From Eukaryota sp. GEM-RC1 (taxonomy: Eukaryota): a stretch of 64,000 bases of DNA. Position numbers and translations under genes: made by a program. Within the stretch, counting starts at the first letter, position 1; each line of letters begins with the position of its first letter. Of the stretch, positions 38,184 to 50,442 are shown one piece after another. The stretch lies in the NCBI GenBank assembly GCA_040285855.1, contig JAUFOQ010000002.1, forward strand, positions 1,612,001 to 1,676,000, given 5' to 3'. A model generated the notes under the pieces. That model was given only the letters and a program-made list of their open reading frames with translations. It had not been told where the DNA came from and did no database searches.

Positions 38184-38889
38184 CAGTGATGTACAAAAAT
38201 AGTAGCCGTAAATACGGTACTTTTTCAAGTTTGCCGTAAATTATTTCCGTATTTTTACAGTTGCCGTATTTTACGGCAAGTTTGAAACGAAGTGAGAATA
38301 TGCAAAATGCGGAAAAATATAATTGAAACTGCAAAAACTAAGAGCAAATAAAGATCAAAACCATGATCCATCACTAATCAGAATCGGTATGTTAATATTC
38401 TTCCGAGTGTCCTGCATGCAGAACTGTTTCAACAGTGTCCAGCAGTTTCTATGTAGAGAAGAAAAAGTTGACGTCTTAAAGGTGTCCACTTCAAACGATG
38501 ACGATGATCAACATAATACGGTTTTTCAAGTTGTCTTAGCAGGATTATCACATTTGATTAATAAACACAATAAGGCTGTACCAGCTTCTAAGTATTGCAG
38601 CTCTTGTCGTGTATCCAATCCAGTCAATTCTCTTCTTTCAAGAAGTAATGCAACAGAGAATGGCTCAGTTGTTACAGAACTGATCAAAATGTTCAAGAAT
38701 GCTTTGATGTTTCGATTTACGGGGTATACAAAAGAGTATTTTATATTCTCACTACTGTAACATTTACCGAAATAATTTGCGTATTTTTATGGTTGCCGTA
38801 TTTTACGGATACCGAGTACAGTGCCGTACCGTATTTTACGGTAGTGTACGGCAAATAGTGTACGGTACGCTATTTTTTGTACATCACTG
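38184..38889. mobile_element. hAT-type MITE C inserted at the B/A junction
   Basis: TIR CAGTGATGTACAAAAA / TTTTTGTACATCACTG; perfect 8-bp TSD CCCTGACC; subterminal CCGTA/TACGG repeats. Confidence 0.88.
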
Positions 38890-38945
38890 CCCTGACCTGC
38901 ACAGTCCTAGTTTGGACTCATTAAAATTCGAATTCGACAAGATCA

Positions 38946-40983
38946 ATGCTTGTGATCTCCTTTTCATTCATCATATCATGTGTTTTAGTGATAGCGGCAT
39001 CAAATCCTTCTTGGTCTTATTGGGACATCAAGTCAGATGTTTGCTCCTTCCAAAACATTACTTCCATCGATTCAAACACAGATGCATTCTCGATGTCTAG
39101 ACTTCATTACAGCCAAGCCGATTGTGATACACTTGTTCTCTCTTGGATGGCCGATGGAAAGCTCAATTACAGACTCTTCTATTGTTTCTTCAAATACGGT
39201 TGGTTTCGTCAAGAGAAGGGTTTTTATCCCTTCTTTTCCTTTATGGAACAACAACATTCTCGTACTATCCACTCATTTGAAGCCCTTGTCATTGAATCAA
39301 CTGAGTTTGGAACTCTCAATTTCAGTTCTGTTGATGCACATCCTGCTACTTTTGCACTATCATCAGCTCAAGATAGTAAAGGAGTTGTTCTAGGTGTAAG
39401 CTCTTGTTGGAGTATTCAATCAAATCTCTATGACGCTGAGGCCTGCAATGAAGATTTTATATCAGCTAGAGGTGCATTGGTTGAATGTAGAAACAGCTCT
39501 TTTGATGTTGATCGTGATATTCTAGGTAAATGTGAATACCATTTGTATAGAAATGTTGACCTTCATGAGCCGAATCTTGGAGCTCTTGACTCTGATCAAG
39601 CTATAACCGCCTCTGAACAGATCTATTATCATAAAGATATCCCAGATCACGATGAGTCACCTCAACATGCTGATGCTACTCGCCACTTCATTCCTCATAT
39701 GGTTTCTACTCTGTTTGCACTGAAGGATTTAAGTGGTAATGGTTTTGTTGATGTTGTACTTGGGGGTATAGAGCTAAGACCAGTCACTCTGTGGGACTTT
39801 GGATCTGTTAATCGAACTTGTTGCCAGCAAGAAAGGTCAATTGACTCTGGAAGTGCTGATGCTCAGGAAATCTTTGGTGAATGGGTTCCTGTCGTGGTCA
39901 ATAACCGTTTTTCCAGTCTTTCCGAAATCACTTCTGGCAATCCTGGATGGTTCATGGATCCAGTTTCCCAGAGAGTTCTCCCTGATGGAAGTTGGAGACG
40001 ACCTGGGCGAGGCTTCTACGATCCCTTGGACGAAGCTTTTGATTCCAATGATGCTGATATTGAATTTGAATGGGGTTTAGATCCTGCTCATGTAGGATCA
40101 TTTGCTCATGGTGAAGCTGGGTTTATGTTTGGAATGAAGAGAGATTTACGTAACTACTACGTATATATCATAGACAATCATAGGGCATGTGGTAATGTTC
40201 GGTACAATTACGCAGAAGTTTTGGTCAAGGTTACTGATGGATCAATGAGAGAAATAGCCACCAATGACTTTCCTAGTTTTTTCAGTGGTCAGAAACACAT
40301 TATCAACATCCAATTGACTGAAGGTGGATTTATAACAATAGACAGAGATGGTGTCCGTCGTTTTACCTATCAGGACCCCTCTAATGTTCATCATGGATCG
40401 TTTGTTTACTTATTTTACTTACCCTAGATATGGTTTCTATGTTTGGGATCAACAAGGTGCTTATTTCGATGACATTCTTATTAATACTAGAAGTTCCTCA
40501 GCTGATAGAATTACTTTGTCAGAACCTACTATATGGTCTCATAATAACAAGAATAACAAGTTTTGCCGGGTAAAGTTCTATGTTCACCGATATCTCAATG
40601 AAAACGATTACGTTGCTCAAGAAGTAGATACTTCTCAATTCCCTCCTCTTTCAGGCTGTGCCAATCTCAATAGTCCAATCACGTGTACTAGCAGTTGGAT
40701 TACCTTTGATTCTAACCCAAAACCAGATCTTCTTGTTCATTGTGTTGTTGGAACTTCTGTTCAGTACAGAGTTGGCTTAAATTGGGATGTAAATGGTCCT
40801 TTTAGTTGGCAAGTTGTAGAAGAAGGTGATTTGACTGTAGGAATGAATGGGAAAGCTTCTTTTGTTCCAATTGATTTCGCTGATTATCCGCCTGTTCCCC
40901 ACAATGGAGTTCAAGTAGAACCAATGATGGTTGTCACTGAAGTCAATGGAGCATTGCGTTATAGGCATATGTTTAGAATGTAG
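38946..40983 (+). CDS. Large secreted protein, paralog B (single intron 40400-40427)
   Basis: Signal peptide; highly similar to paralog A along its whole length. Confidence 0.85.
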
Positions 40984-41718
40984 ATTTGTAATATTTGTTC
41001 TCACGAGTTTGTCCTTGTACTGATCATTTTAAATATCTTGAATCCATGGAAGGTGTTTGGTGTTAATCCACTGTAGGCTTGTTTAACAGTTTGTTTCAAC
41101 ATGAGAGTTCGTAGTCAATGTGTGGAATTGTTCTACACTGTACAGAACAGTACATGTAGTTTTTTGTGGAAATTTCGAACCAGTTTTGAGTCTCGTGCCT
41201 ACTTAAATGTAATTATACGAGAAATGAATATACCTGTATTTGACTTGATTGGTACAAAACTGGCAACAGTAGATCCAGCATTTTAGAAAAAATTAGAATT
41301 GTTGCGTTTACCCAGAGTCTGTATACAGTATACCTTCGATTTAAGGTCTGCCAATAGGGGGTACTAAATCTAGTTTTTTCATCTCCCATACTATATGACT
41401 TTATGGAAATTTGGGAGTTTCCTCTTTGAAAAAATTGCGAAAACAATTCAATGACAATTATCACAGAGAAGAATATTACCTCTTAGAAAAGGGAGGTACA
41501 TTCATGACCTATTGACTGGACTCAATCATAGTCAGTTTGCTTGCATTCTTCTCTAATTGGCCCCTAATTTAAAAATACTTGAGTCTTTGTAAAACAACTA
41601 CTTTTACTTGTAGGACGTGTTTTGCTTCTACAACTATAAACCAATCATTGAAAATACCGTAAGATGTACCTAAGTTTCGGATCTGGTAAGCTAAATTCGA
41701 TCTAGATTCTTATGTCTA

Positions 41719-41784
41719 TGTTGTCTGTAGACATGGGAGAAGGTAAAGTAAATTTATTTTAAGGGTACTGTACCAGTACTAACA
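41719..41784 (-). repeat. 3' LTR (66 bp)
   Basis: Identical to 48309-48374; TG...CA termini. Confidence 0.95.
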
Positions 41785-44700
41785 CTACTTTTTCCCCTTT
41801 CTCGAGGACCTGGTCCTCTTGGCAGGTGGAGAGGCACGGCTGGTACTACCCTGAACACTTCGTTTCTTTCTAGTAGACGGCTTATATGAGGGATTAGATT
41901 TAATAAACTCAGAATAAGCTTTCGTATTCTTTATTTGATCCAAAGGTACCTCGGTGGTGTCACCATCGAACCAGACGACTGAACAAACAGGTCCGGAGGG
42001 TGAGTCGGATTGGGATAGCACCTTAATCACGATCATTTCCTCAGAGTCACAGGATGCGACTGCTTTGTGGAACTCATCAGACGGGTGTTTGTCAGTGAGG
42101 TATTTCTTACATTGGTGAACACTTGATTTGAACTGATGTCCAGTGATAATGTTCTGTAAGGTAAGAGAACTTGCGGTGGGCGTGTCGATGACCAGGAAAG
42201 GACCTTCGAGCTTGCCGTGAAGCTTCTTAGTTTTGGAGTTAGTCTTGAGGACTAAGTCTCCACTCGAGTACAGGGACGACGAGGTTGGTTCGGCAGTTAT
42301 CACGGGTTGAGCGGAAGATTGGTTGATCTCTGCCTCTTCCCGGTTTTTCAAAATTCTTTGAATTTTAGATTGATAATCTGCCAGGAAGGAATCCTCTGAT
42401 TGGCTTTCCTGCGAGAGACAAGCTAGGATCTTGCTAGGGTCGCTACCAGGGCTGGTGGCTGATCCAAACATGAGCTGGTATGGGGTGAAGCCTGTCACTC
42501 TACTCTTAGTTGTGTTAACTAATAGTTGTACAATTGGAATGTACTTGGACCAGTTGTCGTAATCATTAAAATCGATAAGCATCTTTCTTAGTGACTGCAG
42601 GATGTCTCTGTGGCGACGTTCCACTAATCCGTTGCTTTGCGAAAAACTGGGGATGGATTTCTCCGTATCGATATCGAAAGCCTGACACACGCCATTAAAG
42701 ACATGGTTGGCAAACTCCTTGCCATTATCGCTATGAATCAGATGGGGTATACCAAAGATTGCACATACATTACACACTAGTGCATGAGCGGTTTCTTGGG
42801 CATTGAGCTCCTTCAAGGGACATAAGACTGTATAACGGGTAAACGAGTCTATGAATACAAGAAGGTGACAGTTCCCGGAGGTGTCTGTCGGCAAAGGTCC
42901 AATGGTATCAGCATTCATTTTGGCAAATGGTTTGTCTGCCCAAAGGTTACCTGATGGTTTGATTTTGAGTTTAGCAAGGGGAGCTGTCTTTTGACAAGCT
43001 GGACATTGCATGCAGTGTTTCTTCATATCTTTGGCCATCTTAGGCCAGAAATAGTCACTAGAGTTTAGCCGATCAATGCTGACTCTTAGGCTAGGGTGGC
43101 CTGCGTGAGGAAAACCGTGGATGTGGTTCATCGTGGTATTCCGAAGACTCATAGGGATGAGGATCTTACCATCGCTATTTAGGAATAGCTGGAGCTCGTC
43201 GTTGTATACAGCAGTGGGATGCTGAAACAGTACGTCGTTGTTGTTCTTGGCTTCTACTTGTGTGGAGCGTATCTTCGATAGCCAAGCGTCAAAGATTTTT
43301 GACTTGTTGATTAATGGTTCACTAATTGATGGTTCACTAATCATGTTGATTGACTCGGAGGTCAGTGATTGATATTCCATATCGTCATCAGTACGACATA
43401 GTCCATCGACTCTAGAGAACATCGGCTCGGGGCAAGATGTGACTAGGTTTATGTTTTCGGGTTGAGAGGTATCGATGTTTCGGGATAACATGTCTGCCCA
43501 GTGGTTGTCTTCTCCAATGGTGTGTATCACCGAGAATTGGAATTCGCTTAGGATGGGTATCCAACGCTTGACTACTCTGTTTTTCTCGGGTGCTGAGATG
43601 AGGAAAGCGAGGTTTCTATGATCTGTAAAGATGGTTAGGTCCCTGCTTAGGAGGAATGATGACATGGGGGATTCTGTTAGGATCAGAACGATAGCGTACA
43701 ACTCTTTCTGAATTGTTGCCCAGTTTTGTTGAGATTCCGTTAGGAGTTTGCTGTAGAAAGCTAGTGGGATAACTTTCCTGTTGTTCAAAGGAGTTCCATC
43801 TTGTGCGTTAGGAGGTATTTCTTGCCAAATGACACCACCTACAGCGATATCACTGGCGTCTGCGCTAATCAGCACGCGTTGATCCCTGTCTGGAAGACTG
43901 AGAGGCATGTGATTGATGATCTTCTTTCTGATTGTCTCGAAATTAGATTGATGGAGAGGTGTCCATTTTACTGAACGAGCGTTGTTCTTGACTAAGTTTA
44001 TGATTGGAGCCAGAAGATCTGACGCACCTGGAATAAAGTCTTTTATGTAGTTAATCGAACCCACGAAGCTACGAACTTCTTTGATTGTTGTTGGTACGGG
44101 CAACTCTAGGAGAGCTGTGATACGCGACGGGTCAATACTGCGTGTATTGTTAACGAACTTACTGCCCAAGATCTTTAGTGGGTGTTTCTTTGTCACAAAA
44201 TTGCATTTGGGTAGGCCAAGGTTGACTCTACGTGTTAATGCTTTAGTCAGAACGAATCGTATTCGGCTCATAAATTCTTCGAATGTACGGCCTACTATGA
44301 TGATGTCATCGATGTAAATGAATATGCCCTCATGGTCGAATATTTCATACATCAAATTTTGAAATATCGCAGGGACGTTCTTGAGTCCAAAACAAGCTCT
44401 TTTAAATCGGATGGCTTTGCCAGGGATTACTAGAGTTGTCTTGTCTCTGTCCTTTTCTGCGAGGTTCAATTGCCAGAAGGCTTTCGGAAGATCCAAGGTC
44501 GCTATGAAGTTAGCTTCGCTCAGAAATTCCAAGATGTCGATGATCTTTGGAAGATTCGGTTCGACAACTCGGGTCAATGCGTTGATTCCATCGGAACCAC
44601 TGAAGTCTCCCGTAAGGCGGGGCTTACGTTGATCGGGATAGACCACCAGTACTACCGGTGAACTGAACTGTCCGTTGGGAGTTGTTAACTCAGCAAAGTC

Positions 44701-47700
44701 CTGTCGGACAAGTTCATCAAAAATCTCTTCGGCAATCCGTTGTTTCATTGGATTGAGCCGTCGAGGTTTCCGTCTCACAGTGGACTCTTCATTGTAGAAG
44801 TCGATCGCCATGGGAGGACAATCGATGCCATCTTTGTGAGGAGCTGTCGAAAATATTGAGGAAAACTCCTGAAGCAGGCTCAATAAGCTCTTAGCTCTGT
44901 TATCATCATCTAGTTTGATAGTGCAACCTGAATCGAATACATGTTTATTAAAGTCTACAATGTTATCAATGGAATGGCTACGGGGAGGTTGTATGATACG
45001 TGAGTCGAACTCAGACTCGTCGTTCACGGTGGCCAGGATGGCCTTGTCAATCCGGATGACTAGTCCGTCTTCGGTCAGTAGTCCTAACTGTTTCATCAGA
45101 TCGATTCCCAATAATAGTTTGTTGGATCCTGGTATTATTGGTAACGTCTTATCCACATGTGTTAGGTACGCGATGCTACTGGTGTCGAAGGTCAAGATGC
45201 CCTGGGCGCTACCCAAGGACCGGGACTCAACATTGTTTGCAGATGTGAAGCGAACATTTTTGTTGACGGGCGTCATGTTACACTTCGTAGCCAGGTCTTG
45301 TGTGATGACGGACATGGTTGCTCCACTGTCCCAAAAACCTTGAACCGGAATTCCGTTAATCATCAGTTTGCAGCTGAGAAGAGGGAGTGGGTTCTGACTA
45401 CTTATGCTGAATATGGAATTCAGGCTTTGTGAGTTCGTATTACCATTGGCAGAACTGATGTTGCTCAATGGATTTAAGAATTGATTGGTTTCAATCAAAC
45501 TGGGATTTGATTGACTAGATGTGATGTTATCAGCTATATCTACAAGGCTGTTAATATGTGCTGAATTTGCATTGAAATATTTAGATTTTTTATGGGACGA
45601 GTGTTTCTTGCTATGACTACGAGATGGTTTTGAGGTGGAACTCTTGACCTTACGTTGCTCTAAAGGAAGCTCACTACGTTTACATTCGGGATCCGGACAT
45701 TGGAGGATGGAATGGCCCTTTCGCCACAAAATCTACAGGCGTCAGGGTCTTTCTCTTCAGATCGAGGCTTCTTCGAGGGTGGCTTGGAGCTGGATGCCGA
45801 TCTACGAGATCTACCGGGTTCACTAGACTGAACCGGGATGAGGGGGCGAGAAGTCCAAGATTTGGGGAGGTCTTCCCAAGTAGCTGTATCTCTAAGATGA
45901 GCTATCTCGGCAATTCGTTGTTCGTTCTGCACGTTGGCTGGAGCAGATTTCCATCTCTCGCACCAAGTGTCATAACGTTCTTTGACATCGGATATTAATC
46001 CTTGGATATCTGGAGAGTCTTGGTAGAGAGGCCAACATTCGATCCAGATGGATACGATGCCTATGTTCGAAAGAATAGCTTTAACAATGGCTTTGTCTGG
46101 TAACGCAGTCATTGGCTTATTCTTCGGCTTTATGGCCTGGGTTCTTTGTAGAACGCGGTGCAACCGTGATATGAAATCACTCCATCGCTCTTCAGGGTCT
46201 GTGATGGACCACTTCATCTTGATCTTGTTCAGCTCATTTAAAGCAGTGGTCTCGTCTGGGAACTGAGTACGCTTGAGGAGAGCTAACCATAGGGTGAGAG
46301 GGTTCTTACCATCCCACTCCTTTGCATAGACAGCTGGGTCTGTAAGTCGAACTTTACGAAGCGTTGGATGTAAGAAGGATCAGCGTGTGCTGCAGCAGTT
46401 CGACTGAAGTCGAAAAAATGTCTTGGCCATCCGAATGGAGCCCCTACCGGTGTTTTGTGGTTAGGGTCCATCACGCTCCATTGAAGGAAGTCTTGAGCAA
46501 ATTCAATGATGTCGTGTGGTTTCAAACTCGAAAGCATCTTGGGTTGAAGCTTGGAGTTCTTCATAGAGTCGAGGGGGACTTTCTGTTGGAAAGTGACAAC
46601 ACTATGGGACATTGGGGAACGTTGTTCCACAACCGAATTGGATGCTGACGGAGCCAGGGGGGGAAGGAGGTCAGTTGAAGGGGGAGGTTGATGTCGTGCT
46701 AAGGTCACTCAAGGAGAGACCAAGCTGGTGGACATCAGTTGGTGGGTTTGATTGATCGGAAGGTGATTGATAAAATTCGGAAATTTCTTTCACTTTAGAC
46801 TTCGGATTTGCATTTGCTCTACGAGCGAGTTCTTCTTCATATTCCACTCGAGCTCGGTATTTCAATGCTGTGGGTTGGATAACCACTTCATCAGTCGGGG
46901 TTGTGGTGCTCTGGATGGCTTCGGGAAGCTGAGAGGAGATGTGATCTGATGAGCGAATTCTTTTGTCCGAATTCGACTTTTCGAAAGTTCGACCTGTCAA
47001 TACTTCCTGGACCTTTTCCCAGCATTTTTTAACAGGAATCATGGTTTCCGGTATACTAGGGTCCATCAGGATAGTATGGGGTCTTCCTCGGTCATCAAGG
47101 ATGGTGTAAGTTCCTTCAAGCGGCATAACTTCGTCGTTAAATTGTCTCCTTATCAGTCTTATGGCTGCCTGAGCTGGTCTAGGATAGCGGTTTCTTAGGT
47201 AGTCCGTTCTATCTTTGACTCCATGAAGAAAATCATGTACCATTTGGCGATCTGATGGGAACATACGATGTTCTACTCGTTTTAGTTCCTCTTCTGTTAA
47301 CCCTTGTTGAAAAGGTCCAGGAGGGGCCTGGAATAACTCTGAGGAACCCGTCTTAGTGGACCTGACAGGATAAAATCCTTGGACGGGAATAATAGGTTGG
47401 GGTTGGAACCCTCTCTTGTCCCTGACAGGCCTCGACGGAGGAGGTTGAGGATGGTCAGATGGGCCTTTGGCAGGCGTCTGACCAGACTCTTCATCATCAG
47501 CTACGTCAAAGTCGCATAGATCTTCTAAGTCAGGGTCCGCGGCGGGATTGACGTGAGAAACTATGGGTGTTTCACCAACATGAGGAACGGAATCCTGGGC
47601 ACGTGGAGTAGACGAGGCATCAACTATAGGAAGTGATGAGGGAACGGAACCCTTCTGAGATTTTTTAATGGGGGCACTTTTGGAAGTGGCTTTTGGCAAA

Positions 47701-48324
47701 GGCTTAGATGGAGGGAGACCTAAATCTCGTTCCGCTGCAGAACTTGAACCCCTCTTGTCGCGACGTGGGAGTTGCAAAAGAGGAGAGTTGGAGAGTGGGA
47801 AAAGGCTTGTTCGGAGTTGGTGCTCCGCTGAACATAGCTCTAATCCTCTCGAAGGCAGGATTCGTTGGAGACGAAGTGTCTTTCGGAGGAACCATATCTC
47901 TCGGAGGAGATAAATCCTGATAATTGATCTGGACAGTGGAGGAGGGGCTCTGAAGGGTGGAACCTTCTGGAGGGCTATCCTCTTGAATGGTTATCACTTC
48001 CTCTTGAGGTTGGGAAGGAAGGGCGGAACCTTCAACCACAGGAATCCTTTGAAGGACGGAACCTTCTGAGGGAGTTTGCTGGGTTTGAGGAGTAGGGACG
48101 GAACCTGCAACCTCGGAAGTTACTGGAAGGGCGGAACCTTCAACAGAGGAGGGACTTTGAAGGGCGGAACCTTCTAAAAGGGATGTAGTTGTTCCTTGGA
48201 GGGCGGGACCATCCGAGAAGAAACGACTCATTGTGGGGTCCTGGGACCTTGGTGAGTGCGGGGGCACTCTGTCACAAGGCGCAGCACCACATGGGACACA
48301 ATAATTATTGTTGTCTGTAGACAT
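41785..48324 (-). CDS. Gag-Pol polyprotein (pol ORF 41785-45729; gag region split into 4 ORFs by 1-nt slips)
   Basis: FWDSGATMSVI protease; LDLPKAFWQ and YIDD RT; ADAS/ELYA/TDH RNase H; HHCC plus D,D,E integrase; the knuckle CRFCGEKGHSILQC is restored by one base at ~45720. Confidence 0.9.
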
Positions 48325-48374
48325 GGGAGAAGGTAAAGTAAATTTATTTTAAGGGTACTGTACCAGTACTAACA
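48309..48374 (-). repeat. 5' LTR (66 bp)
   Basis: Identical to 41719-41784; contains the gag ATG at 48324. Confidence 0.95.
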
Positions 48375-48903
48375 TCTAGCATTGAACAAAACCCACAGTC
48401 AAGAACAAGTTAGCTTGTATATATACTGGGGTTCTGTTCGGTGATCAGAATCAGCTCGTTAACAGTCTGAACTAAACCGAAGTGGATCGGAACCACAATG
48501 TCCATTACACCATCTACCCCGTTGTCATTACTTTAATTCATAGCTGTACATGACACCAACTACCTCACTGTCATGACGTCAATGGCTCCATGACATTCAT
48601 AACATCATTACACCCATAATTGAAAGATATATATGGGCGAAACAAAATACAGATACAACTTAATAGAGTCTTATGCAAACTCAATTGGTTATCTTAGTGA
48701 TTAGCATGCTGAAATATTGATTGTATATCAAAAATGTCAAACAACTACACTGTTGAACGATTTACCGATGTTACGTATGTCATGTCATGACATACACTGG
48801 CAACTCTGCCGTGACGACATTCCAGAATGTGATGACATCAGCTATGTTCCTATTGCTGCATGCAGCACAATTGTTTTGAAACTTCAACAGTAGATTTTCT
48901 CTG

Positions 48904-50250
48904 ATGATCATCGAATGTTCAAAGATCATTTCATCTCTGTTTGGCGAGCCACTATTTTTTGATCAGACTATTATCTTTGGCGAAAGAACTTATCAAGTTT
49001 CCAAGATCGTATTGGCAGCAAGTTCCACTTTCTTCCGCAATCTTTGGTTCCTAGAGTTTAAGGATCAGAATGAGAATCCCTCAGACTTCTCACAGCTACC
49101 AGTATCCGTTGAATCCTTCTCCTTCATCATTGACTCTTTTTATGGCGTGGAGGTCAATGTCACTGTTTGCAATTGCTTTGATATGTACTATCTTGTCCAT
49201 TACTTCCAAGTCGAACTACTCATCACTCAAATCGAATCTATCCTCACTGAAAACCTCTGTGACTGGTCTTGGTTGAAGAAGTTTGTCATTTACGCTAATG
49301 AAAATGACGATATTCGTGCCCTAAAGTTCGCTGGTCCTTTCTTCATCAAAGCCTCAGAACTTAGTTCAACTGATGTAGTTGCTTTAAGCACACAGTCAGT
49401 GAATACTTTGGTTGAATTCTGCACAAATCGTCAATCAATGTCGTGGCTAATCCAATCAATGGTCAAGTCAATCAAGTCATCGTGTTTTGATTTAGATGAG
49501 TTTTCATCCACTCTTTCTCTCTTTGCTATTGATACCATTGGCTACAAGGAATGGGACGAGTTTCTTCTTGAACCACTTCAAAAGGAGACGACACTGAAAT
49601 CTTGTTTAATGGAGTTTCTGTTTGACAAGCTCAAGCTAAAGTTCTTTGATAGTTTAACTGGGGAAGTAGGCCAGTTGAGGAGAAAGGTTTCTGAATTGGA
49701 AAAGGAGAATGTTGAGTTGAAAACAAGGAATGAAGAATTAATTGAAAAAATGAAAACATCTACATGTAAGTTACCTTTTGAAGTAAAAATCTCTACTGTT
49801 AGTAAACATGATGGTATTATTGTCAGTTCAGATCAGAAGTCAATCAGTTTGAGTGAAGAGTTTGAATTACACAAATGTGCTCTAGGAGAACTTCCACTTA
49901 GTCCAGGTCAAGTTTATCAATGGAAGGTTTCTCATACTGGTAGCAAGTGCTGTGCAATTGTTGGGGTTATTGATGCGTCTCTGTTCAGTTCAACTTCTGA
50001 TTGTTATCAAAATTGTCATGGTTTTAATAACAATGCTACTTTGTATGGATGTCTTAGTGGAATTACAAAGAAGTGGACACCTGGAGCTGTGATCACTGTC
50101 AAGGCTGATTTGATTAATTATCTATTGACCATAGCTTCCGACGATAGTTCAATCAATGTGACTGGCACACTGCCATCGTTGTCTGGAAGTAATTATTTCC
50201 CTTTCTTCAATATTTGGCACAAAGATCAAACAATTAAATTAATTGATTAA
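48904..50250 (+). CDS. BTB/POZ - coiled coil - SPRY-like protein
   Basis: SKIVLAASSTFF and YYLVHYFQVELL (BTB); heptad region; YQWKV..AIVGV..YFPFF (SPRY). Confidence 0.85.
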   Translation: MIIECSKIISSLFGEPLFFDQTIIFGERTYQVSKIVLAASSTFFRNLWFLEFKDQNENPSDFSQLPVSVESFSFIIDSFYGVEVNVTVCNCFDMYYLVHYFQVELLITQIESILTENLCDWSWLKKFVIYANENDDIRALKFAGPFFIKASELSSTDVVALSTQSVNTLVEFCTNRQSMSWLIQSMVKSIKSSCFDLDEFSSTLSLFAIDTIGYKEWDEFLLEPLQKETTLKSCLMEFLFDKLKLKFFDSLTGEVGQLRRKVSELEKENVELKTRNEELIEKMKTSTCKLPFEVKISTVSKHDGIIVSSDQKSISLSEEFELHKCALGELPLSPGQVYQWKVSHTGSKCCAIVGVIDASLFSSTSDCYQNCHGFNNNATLYGCLSGITKKWTPGAVITVKADLINYLLTIASDDSSINVTGTLPSLSGSNYFPFFNIWHKDQTIKLID

Positions 50251-50442
50251 ATGCACATCACCTTTGTTGTGGTTGTGACCAATTCTATTGTGATAAATCC
50301 TCGATGAATCGCCTGTATTTCGTAAGTTGACAAAACAAAAAGAGAACAACACATACACATTCACTTTACAGTAAAAGCAATAAAATTACACCTACTAGTA
50401 CTAGCAGACATAATCAAAGACTACACTAAACTCAATATACAG

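Larger units (their letters stand above)
33986..38909. mobile_element. hAT-type MITE A (outermost, ~600 bp of its own sequence) carrying nested insertions
   Basis: TIR TAGGATTGTGCAGGT / ACCTGCACAGTCCTA; 8-bp TSD GGTTGGAC / GTTTGGAC; subterminal AGGTTTAGGTTCAGCT repeats. Confidence 0.8.
41719..48374 (-). mobile_element. Full-length Ty3/Gypsy LTR retrotransposon, probably chromovirus-like
   Basis: Identical 66-bp TG..CA LTRs; 4-bp TSD TCTA; PPT GAGAAAGGGGAAAAAG; domain order gag-CCHC-PR(DSGA)-RT(YIDD)-RNase H-IN-chromo-like. Confidence 0.95.

Noticed and set aside
45715..45730. Programmed gag-pol frameshift
   Set aside because: The break falls inside the CCHC knuckle at a short A/G run, and similar 1-nt slips occur throughout the window including RPS15A and TOP1; more likely a sequencing error, though not excluded.
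44081..47920. Plus-strand ORFs of 60-142 aa within the retrotransposon
   Set aside because: Antisense shadows of the GC-richer gag-pol frame, with no motifs.
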